Assembly: GCA_038320275.1 (NCBI GenBank)
Contig: JBBQEB010000075.1
Span: 1 to 17,361 of the forward strand
Reading direction: 5' to 3'
DNA from: Myxococcales bacterium
GTDB taxonomy: Bacteria; Myxococcota; Myxococcia; Myxococcales; Anaeromyxobacteraceae
Length of the DNA stretch: 17,361 nt
Below, piece after piece: positions 1 through 8,075 of the stretch (position 1 is the first letter of the stretch; every line of letters begins with the position of its first letter). A model generated the notes under the pieces. It did no database searches, was not told the DNA's origin, and saw only the letters and a list, made by a program, of their open reading frames with translations. Made by a program: the position numbers and the translations under genes.

Positions 1-1362
1 CCGAAGCACCTTGCCGTTGAGCCACCAGGGAGGCGTGGAGACGCGGTTGAAGCGCAGGACGTGACGTACCGTGAAGCCGGAGGCCTCCGCGAGCCGGGAG
101 AGCGCGCGCTCCGAATATCTCCGGCGATGGCCCAGCGCCTCGTCGAGCGTGCCGAAGAGGGTCTCGCCATGCGGCACCAGCACGACCGCGCGCCCACCCG
201 GCGCGAGCACCGCCCGCATGTTGCGCAGCGCTCCGGCATCGTCATCGAGGTGCTCCAGCACGTTGAGGCACACCACCGTGTCGAAGCCGCCCTCGACGCG
301 CGGCAGCGAGGCGAGGTCCCTCACGTCACAGACGCGCGCCTCGAGATAGGGGCGATCGGTGGCCAGCGCGGACAGGACCCTCACGTGCAGCGGATCGACG
401 TCGGTGGCGACGTAGCGCTGCCTGGGGATGAGCTGGCGGGTGAGGTTTCCGGTCCCGCTGCCGATCTCCAGCACCCGGTCCCCGCAGAACGGACGGACCA
501 CGTCGGCCATCCAGCCGTTGAAGCGGGGCGCGCGGGCGAGGCGGGCCAGGAGCTGGCTCCCGTTCCCGGTGCGCGTGTCGACGTCGCCGGAGGCGGAGAA
601 GCGTGCGATGGCCGCGAGCGCCCGCACCCCGTCGCGCCAGCCGATCTTCTTGCCCTCGTTGTAGGTCCGTCCGGAGTAGCGGATGGGCACCTCGAACAGC
701 CGCGCCCCGCGCTTGGCGAGCTTGATGGTGAGCTCGGGCTCCAGCCGGAAGTCGTTCGACCGCAGCGGGATGGAGCGCAAGAGGTCGGTGCGGACGGCCT
801 TGTAGCAGGTCTCCATGTCGGTGAGGTTCAGGTTCGTGGCGAGGTTGGTGAGGAAGGTGAGCAGCCGGTTCCCGAGCTCGTGCCGGAAGAGCAGTACCCG
901 CCGCGCCTCGCCGCCCGCGAAGCGCGACCCGAACACCGCGTCGGCGTTCTCCTCCACGAACACCTGCACCATGCGCAGGATGTCACGCGGGTGGTACTCG
1001 AGGTCGGCGTCGTGGATGATGGCGAGCTCGCAGGAGGCCAGCGCCAGCGCCGTCCGGACCGCCCTTCCCTTGCCGCCGTTCCGCCCGTGGCGCAGGAAGG
1101 TCCAGGTGAGCTTGGCGCTCGAGGGGTCGCGGGCCGTCCGTTCGCCCTCCCCGCGCACCGCCGCGGATGGGTCACCGCCGGCCTTGCCCTCCTCGAACCG
1201 CCTCAGCGCCTCGGCTGTCCCGTCCGTGGAGCAATCGTCCACCACGATGATCTCGACCCGCTGCAGCAACGGGCTCGTCCCCAGCACCTCCAGCCGCTCC
1301 AGCGAGGCGGCGACGAGGTGCTCCTCGTTGTAGACGGGCACGAGCACCGAGAGCGAGGTCAC
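1..1362 (-). CDS. Bifunctional glycosyltransferase family 2 / class I SAM-dependent methyltransferase (3' end runs off the window)
   Basis: Not in the ORF track (no stop in window); translated by hand. GTG at 1362 gives MTSLSVLVPVYNEE...IIVVDDCSTDGT...NGGKGRAV...IIHDADLEYHP...VFGSRF...LTDMETCYK (DPM1-like GT2). It continues VLEIGSGTGNL...FDTVVCLNVLEHLDDD...LAPGGRAVVLVP...GHRRRYS...FNRVSTPPWWLNGKVLR (class I MTase), open to position 1. Confidence 0.92.
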   Translation of the reverse strand, partial: MTSLSVLVPVYNEEHLVAASLERLEVLGTSPLLQRVEIIVVDDCSTDGTAEALRRFEEGKAGGDPSAAVRGEGERTARDPSSAKLTWTFLRHGRNGGKGRAVRTALALASCELAIIHDADLEYHPRDILRMVQVFVEENADAVFGSRFAGGEARRVLLFRHELGNRLLTFLTNLATNLNLTDMETCYKAVRTDLLRSIPLRSNDFRLEPELTIKLAKRGARLFEVPIRYSGRTYNEGKKIGWRDGVRALAAIARFSASGDVDTRTGNGSQLLARLARAPRFNGWMADVVRPFCGDRVLEIGSGTGNLTRQLIPRQRYVATDVDPLHVRVLSALATDRPYLEARVCDVRDLASLPRVEGGFDTVVCLNVLEHLDDDAGALRNMRAVLAPGGRAVVLVPHGETLFGTLDEALGHRRRYSERALSRLAEASGFTVRHVLRFNRVSTPPWWLNGKVLR

Positions 1363-1451
1363 CCCCGCATCCTTACCGCGAGCCCCCGCCGTTCCCAAGT
1401 TCCCAGGTTCCGGGCTCGACGGGGTGTGCCCGCCGTGCTCTCTTTCCGCCG

Positions 1452-2903
1452 GTGCGATCCGCCACGCTCGCCCTGGCCTTCGTCCTCGCCGCCCTCGGCC
1501 CGGGGCCCGCCCTCGCCTCGCCCGCGTCGCCGCTCCTCGCCCCCGACCACTGGGCGGTGCAGGCCGCCGATCGCGCCGAGGCCTCCGGGCTCCTCCCCCG
1601 CTGGATGCCCGCGCAGCGAGCCGTCCCGGTGCTCACCGTGGCGGCCGCGCTGGCCGAGGCCGAGGAGGCCGCGCTGCGGGAGCGGCCCGACCTCGTCCCG
1701 CTGGTCAGCGCCTGGCGCCAGCGGCTCGCCGCCGAGTGGCGCGGCGCCGGCTCCCCGGGCGCGGTGATCGGCGCGCAGGTCTCCGGGGGTTACGCGGCGA
1801 GCTCCATCCGCGTGCCCCAGAGCGCGCTGCCCGCCGGGCCCGGTGCGCTCCGGCTGGACGGTGCGCCCGACGACCCCTTCCTGGAGGCGCGCGGCGGGGT
1901 CGCCTACGGCGCGCACCTCGGCGCCGGCGCGGACGTGCGCGCCACCCCCTGGGCGATGCGCCTCGCGACCGTCGAGGGCGTCGCGGCCGCAGGGCCCCTC
2001 GCGCTGTCGGTGGGGCGGGCGCCGGTGGGGTACGGGCCGGGGCAGGTGGGCGGGGTGGTCTTCACCGGCACCGCCCCGCTCGACCGGCTGGAGGCGATGA
2101 CGACGGAGCCCCTGCGCTTCCCGGGGCTCCTGGGATATCTGGGCGACTTTGCCCTGGACGGCTTCCTGGCGCGGCTCGACGAGGCCCGCCACCCGTACCA
2201 TCCGCTGCTCTCGGGCGTCCAGGTGCAGTGGCGGCCCTTCCAGCGGCTCACGCTGGGCGTCGCGCGCGGCGTCATGCTGGGCGGCACCGTCTGGGCCGGG
2301 GTGCCGCCGAAGAAGGTGCCCACCATCCTCCTCGGCATCGACAACTACCGGGAGAACAACGTCGCGTCGCTCTCCGCGCGCCTGCGACTGCCCACCGAGG
2401 CGTTCCTCCCCCTCACCGCCCGCGTGGAGTGGGGCACCGACGACAACGGCGGCGCGCTGTTCCAGGCTCCCGCCATCATCGCCGGCCTCTCCACGCCGTT
2501 CATCCCCGGCACCACCGCCGCAGTGGGCTTCGAGTACGCCTACCTGGGCCGGATCTGCTGCCGCGACCAGCTCTCCTGGTACACCCACGGTCAATACACG
2601 GGGGGCTGGGCCACCGGTCAGACCGCGCTGGGCGATCCTCTGGGTGGCGACGGGCACGCCCTGCGCCTCACCGCCGCCGCCGAGCCCTGGGAGGCGCGGG
2701 TGCGGCTGGGCGGCCTCGTCTTCGTGCAGGATCGCTTCGCCGAGAACCTCTACGCGCCGTCGGCGGCCGGACGCAGCGCCGGGTTCCGGGCCGAGGCCGA
2801 GCTGCGCTTCATCCGCGGCGCGCTCGGCGCCCGCGGCGGCTACGAGCGGGCGGCCCACTGGAGCCAGGGCCAGGGCACCCTCGAGGCGAGCTGGTATTAC
2901 TGA
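1452..2903 (+). CDS. wzi: Capsule assembly Wzi family outer-membrane protein
   Basis: 483 aa with an N-terminal signal peptide (ALA-S). Has VGRAPVGYGPGQVGGVVFT, a WYTHGQYTGGW..LGDPLGGDG motif, alternating beta-strand patterns and an aromatic C-terminus (WYY) typical of OM beta-barrels. Capsule gene context. Confidence 0.8.
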   Translation: MRSATLALAFVLAALGPGPALASPASPLLAPDHWAVQAADRAEASGLLPRWMPAQRAVPVLTVAAALAEAEEAALRERPDLVPLVSAWRQRLAAEWRGAGSPGAVIGAQVSGGYAASSIRVPQSALPAGPGALRLDGAPDDPFLEARGGVAYGAHLGAGADVRATPWAMRLATVEGVAAAGPLALSVGRAPVGYGPGQVGGVVFTGTAPLDRLEAMTTEPLRFPGLLGYLGDFALDGFLARLDEARHPYHPLLSGVQVQWRPFQRLTLGVARGVMLGGTVWAGVPPKKVPTILLGIDNYRENNVASLSARLRLPTEAFLPLTARVEWGTDDNGGALFQAPAIIAGLSTPFIPGTTAAVGFEYAYLGRICCRDQLSWYTHGQYTGGWATGQTALGDPLGGDGHALRLTAAAEPWEARVRLGGLVFVQDRFAENLYAPSAAGRSAGFRAEAELRFIRGALGARGGYERAAHWSQGQGTLEASWYY

Positions 2904-2939
2904 GGGGTGCGCCGTCGCGCCGTCGAGGCGACGGTACCC
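2904..2939. terminator. Possible hairpin between convergent wzi and gmd
   Basis: GCCGTCGC (2911-2918) can pair with GCGACGGT (2928-2935), with outer GGGTG/TACCC. No U-tract. Confidence 0.3.
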
Positions 2940-3962
<1,023 letters not shown>

Positions 3963-3996
3963 GATGCCTCCTGCCCGGGATATAGACCACCACGCC

Positions 3997-4545
3997 ATGC
4001 GCGCCCGACCCACCCAGCTGCCCGGCGTCCTCGTCCTCGAGCCCAGGGTCTTCCAGGACGAACGCGGCTTCTTCTACGAGAGCTTCAACGCGAAGACCTT
4101 CGAGGCCCTCACCGGCGTCCCGGGCGGCTTCGTGCAGGACAACCACAGCCTGTCCGCCCGCGGCGTGCTCCGCGGCCTGCACTACCAGCTCGGCCGCCCG
4201 CAGGGGAAGCTGGTGCGGGTGGTGCGGGGCGAGATCCTCGACGTCGCCGTCGACCTGCGCCGCGGCTCGCCCACCTTCGGCCGCTGGATCGGAGAGGTGC
4301 TCTCGGCGGAGAACCGGCTCCAGATGTGGGTTCCGGAGGGCTTCGGCCACGGGTTCCACGTGCTCTCGGAGGGCGCCGAGGTGCTCTACAAGACGACCGA
4401 TTCCTACTCGCCCGGGGACGAGCGCTGCATCCGCTGGAACGACCCCGACCTCGCCATCGACTGGCGCAACCGAGGCGCGGAGCCCGTCGTCTCGTCCAAG
4501 GACGCGGCCGGGAGCGCGTTTCAGGAGGCGGAGGTGTTCGGGTGA
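3997..4545 (+). CDS. rmlC: dTDP-4-dehydrorhamnose 3,5-epimerase
   Basis: [71 protein letters not shown]. Start at ATG 3997 ([11 protein letters not shown]). Confidence 0.96.
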   Translation: MRARPTQLPGVLVLEPRVFQDERGFFYESFNAKTFEALTGVPGGFVQDNHSLSARGVLRGLHYQLGRPQGKLVRVVRGEILDVAVDLRRGSPTFGRWIGEVLSAENRLQMWVPEGFGHGFHVLSEGAEVLYKTTDSYSPGDERCIRWNDPDLAIDWRNRGAEPVVSSKDAAGSAFQEAEVFG

Positions 4546-4547
4546 CC

Positions 4548-4574
4548 GGGTGGTGGCGCTCGGCGCCACCGCTC
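4548..4574. terminator. GC-rich hairpin directly after rmlC
   Basis: GGTGGCGC (4552-4559), TCG loop, GCGCCACC (4563-4570), extendable by about 4 bp including G-U pairs. No U-tract. Confidence 0.35.
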
Positions 4575-4606
4575 ACGAGAGGAGACGCCATGAAGAAGGC
4601 ACCTGA
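4565..4606 (+). pseudogene. C-terminal remnant of a BrnT-like toxin gene
   Basis: Reads ATAHERRRHEEGT*, resembling the BrnT family end (SARxATxxERRxYEE). It overlaps the start of the downstream antitoxin-like gene; the rest of the toxin is absent. Confidence 0.55.
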
Positions 4607-4916
4607 CCAGAGAACCATCCCGCGCATCCCTGAAAGAGATCCCAGAGATCGACTTCTCGCGCGCGATCGTACGGAAGAACCCCTAGGCCGAACGCATCGC
4701 CGAGGGAGGCATCCAGGTGGTCGTCGGCCGTGGCCGGCCGAGGAAAGGTGAGGAGACGGGCCCACCCTCCCCCGCTCGGTGCGATTTCCGGCTGATGTTT
4801 GGGCACAGCTCGAAAAACGCGCTGAGACGGAGGGCCTCACGCTACATGCAGCTCTCCGTCAGGCCATTGCGGCCTGGGTGAACCGCGCTCCCGGGCGGCG
4901 CCCGTCGCGGACCTGA
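4590..4916 (+). pseudogene. Antitoxin-like (BrnA/CopG ribbon-helix-helix type) pseudogene
   Basis: GAGAGGAG SD then ATG 4590 (MKKA). After a +1 shift: REPSRASLKEIPEIDFSRAIVRKNP*(TAG 4684-4686)AERIAEGGIQVVVGRGRPRKGEETG. After a -1 shift near 4760: PTLPRSVRFPADVWAQLEKRAETEGLTLHAALRQAIAAWVNR..., TGA 4914-4916. GRGRP followed by strand-helix-helix is an RHH antitoxin pattern. Confidence 0.7.
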
Positions 4917-4930
4917 GCGCGCTCGGAGGA

Positions 4931-6010
<1,080 letters not shown>

Positions 6011-6029
6011 TTATGGCAGACTCCGCGCC

Positions 6030-6482
6030 GTGTTCCAACGCGTCCTCATGGTCTGCACCGGCAACATTTGCCGGAGCCCGATGGCCGAGGTGGTCTTCGC
6101 GCAACGCCTGCGCCTGGCGGGCCTCTCCGCGCAGATCGAGTCCGCCGGGATCGGAGCGCTCGTCGGGCACTCGGCGGACCCCATGGCCATCGAGCTGATG
6201 AGCGAGCGAGGGCTCGATCTCTCCCGTCATCGCGCCCGCCAGCTCACGCCCGAGCTCTTGCGGGCCTTCGAGCTCGTCCTCGTCATGGAGACTGGCCAGC
6301 AGCGGGTGGTCGAGTCGATGCACCCGAGCGCCCGTGGGCGCGTGCGGCGGGTCGGGCACTTCGGGGGCTTCGAGGTGCCCGATCCGTACCGAAAGCCCCG
6401 TTCGGCCTTCGAGAGCACCCTTGCCCTCATCGAGCGCGGCCTCGCCGACCTCGAGGCCGCCTTCTGGAGAACCCCCACGTGA
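6030..6482 (+). CDS. wzb: Low-molecular-weight protein-tyrosine phosphatase (Wzb/BceD type)
   Basis: VLMVCTGNICRSPMAE P-loop, SAG, LVLVME, VPDPY. Likely GTG start at 6030; its stop overlaps the wza start (GTGA). Confidence 0.93.
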   Translation: MFQRVLMVCTGNICRSPMAEVVFAQRLRLAGLSAQIESAGIGALVGHSADPMAIELMSERGLDLSRHRARQLTPELLRAFELVLVMETGQQRVVESMHPSARGRVRRVGHFGGFEVPDPYRKPRSAFESTLALIERGLADLEAAFWRTPT

Positions 6483-7615
6483 AGACCCTGCGAATCGCGG
6501 CACCCCTCGCGCTCCTCTGCGGCTGCGCGCTCGCGCCCGGCATGCGGATGGACGAAGGCGCGGCCCTCGAGCGCGGCCGTGCCAAGGACCCGAAGTTCGA
6601 GATCGAGCGCGTCACTCCGGCGCTGGTGGCGCGGCTCAGCGCGGAGAGGGCGCGCCGATCTCCGGGCCTTGCCGATCCGCTCGCCGCAATGGCCGCGCAC
6701 TACCAGTACACGGTCGCCCCTCACGACGTGCTCCAGGTGACCGTCTGGGACCATCCCGAGCTCACCGCGCCAACCGGCCAGTTCCGGTCGCCTGAGGAGA
6801 ACGGCAACCCGGTGAACGCCGATGGGACGGTCTTCTACCCCCACGTCGGCACGGTGGCGGTGCTGGGCAAGACGGTGCCTGAGATCCGTCAGCTTCTCAC
6901 CGACCGCATCGCGCGCGTGGTGCGGAACCCCCAGCTCGACGTGCGCGTGGCGTCGTTTCGCGGCAAGCGCGTGCAGGTCACCGGCGAAGTGACCGCGCCC
7001 ACCGCGGTGCCCATCACCGACGTGCCCCTGCGCGTTCAGGACGCGCTCGCCGCGGCCAAGGGGTTCACGCCCGAGGCCGATTTCTCGAGGGTGACGCTCT
7101 CCCGGGGCGGCAAGACCGTCGCGCTGGATCTTCAATCGCTCTACGAGAGGGGCGACCTGAGCCAGAACTGGACCTTGCAGGATGGGGACGTCGTCAACGT
7201 GCCAGACCGCAGCAGGAACAAAGTTTTCGTCCTCGGTGAGGTGCGTGCCCAGCACGCCAAGCAGATGGTGCGCGGGCGGATGACGTTGGCCGAGGCGCTG
7301 CTCGATCCGGCAGGCGGATCGCCCGGCGGCATCCCTGGGACGGTGATGAACGGCTTCGACCCGGCAGCCTCCAACGTGTCCAAGATCTACGTCCTGCGCG
7401 GCGACTACGAGGCGCCGCACGTCTTCCACCTCGATGCCAGCTCACCCGACGCGCTCTTGCTCGCGACGCTGTTCCCGCTGGAGCCGCGCGATATCGTGTT
7501 CGTCTCCACGTACGAGCTGGCGCGCTTCAACCGGGTGGTTCTCCAGATGCTGCCCACCATCCAGGGCATCTGGCAGTCGGCCGATCTCGCCAACCGCGCC
7601 TCGTCACTGCGGTGA
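6479..7615 (+). CDS. wza: Polysaccharide export outer-membrane lipoprotein (OPX/Wza)
   Basis: C-terminal 378 aa of ORF 4988..7615. Lipobox LLCGC, poly-export motif YTVAPHDVLQVTVWDHPELT...DGTVFYPHVG, SLBB domains, and a C-terminal amphipathic helix ARFNRVVLQMLPTIQGIW like the Wza D4 helix. Confidence 0.93.
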   Translation: MKTLRIAAPLALLCGCALAPGMRMDEGAALERGRAKDPKFEIERVTPALVARLSAERARRSPGLADPLAAMAAHYQYTVAPHDVLQVTVWDHPELTAPTGQFRSPEENGNPVNADGTVFYPHVGTVAVLGKTVPEIRQLLTDRIARVVRNPQLDVRVASFRGKRVQVTGEVTAPTAVPITDVPLRVQDALAAAKGFTPEADFSRVTLSRGGKTVALDLQSLYERGDLSQNWTLQDGDVVNVPDRSRNKVFVLGEVRAQHAKQMVRGRMTLAEALLDPAGGSPGGIPGTVMNGFDPAASNVSKIYVLRGDYEAPHVFHLDASSPDALLLATLFPLEPRDIVFVSTYELARFNRVVLQMLPTIQGIWQSADLANRASSLR

Positions 7616-7662
7616 GCAATGCGATCCAGGTGTCACCCCTCTGGTTACACGCGCTCCCTGCG

Positions 7663-7675
7663 TAAGTGCTTGTTT
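7663..7675 (-). promoter_or_regulatory. IHF-like site
   Basis: Minus strand AAACAAGCACTTA versus consensus WATCAANNNNTTR (one mismatch), in an AT-richer region upstream of a sigma54-type promoter. Confidence 0.35.
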
Positions 7676-7805
7676 CTTGGGCGTCTGACGGACGAGGCCA
7701 AACGTCCTTCGGGGGGTGACGGCTGTATTTGTTACCAGTGCGCGGCTGTATATTTTGCCAACCGACACCATCGTACCCGCGCTCACCTGTCGGAGTGGAC
7801 CTATA

Positions 7806-7820
7806 GGGTAGGGCCTACCC
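7806..7820. promoter_or_regulatory. Perfect palindrome, candidate transcription-factor site
   Basis: GGGTAGG-G-CCTACCC. The 1-nt centre favours a DNA operator over an RNA hairpin. Confidence 0.45.
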
Positions 7821-7853
7821 ACCTCGAACGGGATACGGTGCGATTTCGCCATG

Positions 7854-7867
7854 TTGACGCCAGTCAA
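7854..7867. promoter_or_regulatory. CRP/FNR-family-like box
   Basis: Perfect TTGAC-GCCA-GTCAA, same geometry as the FNR box TTGAT-N4-ATCAA. Confidence 0.5.
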
Positions 7868-7948
7868 GCAAGCCCGCCGTCGTCAGCCCCCTTACCGGGG
7901 AGAGGATTCGTGGGACAAGGCTGTGCGGGACGGGCTCTTTCCCAAACG

Positions 7949-7964
7949 TGGCCTGCGCCTTGCT
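7949..7964 (+). promoter_or_regulatory. sigma54 (RpoN) -24/-12 promoter
   Basis: TGGCCTGCGCCTTGCT has exact GG-N10-GC spacing and resembles TGGCAC-N5-TTGCW; about 110 nt upstream of the oxidase ATG. Confidence 0.7.
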
Positions 7965-8075
7965 CTGGGGGCGACCACACCTCCCACACGCACAGTCCCA
8001 ATTTCGTCCCGTGATCGCCTGACGTACCCCGCACCCAGCCCCGAAGTGAGAGCAGCACCAGAAAGAGAGAGAAGC

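Noticed and set aside
61..1767. 568 aa plus-strand ORF
   Set aside because: Antisense shadow of the GT2-MTase gene, typical of high-GC DNA; no recognisable motifs.
4590..4916. Programmed recoding (double frameshift plus amber read-through) of the antitoxin-like gene
   Set aside because: Three independent lesions, no slippery heptamer or recoding signal seen, and the partner toxin is missing; decay is simpler.
7851..8075. 75 aa N-terminal extension of the oxidase
   Set aside because: Would bury the signal peptide and spans the promoter motifs; ATG 8076 has an SD-like sequence.
7975..8075. Riboswitch (e.g. cyclic dinucleotide GEMM) in the oxidase leader
   Set aside because: No recognisable conserved motif or stem architecture by eye; an Rfam/Infernal scan would settle it.
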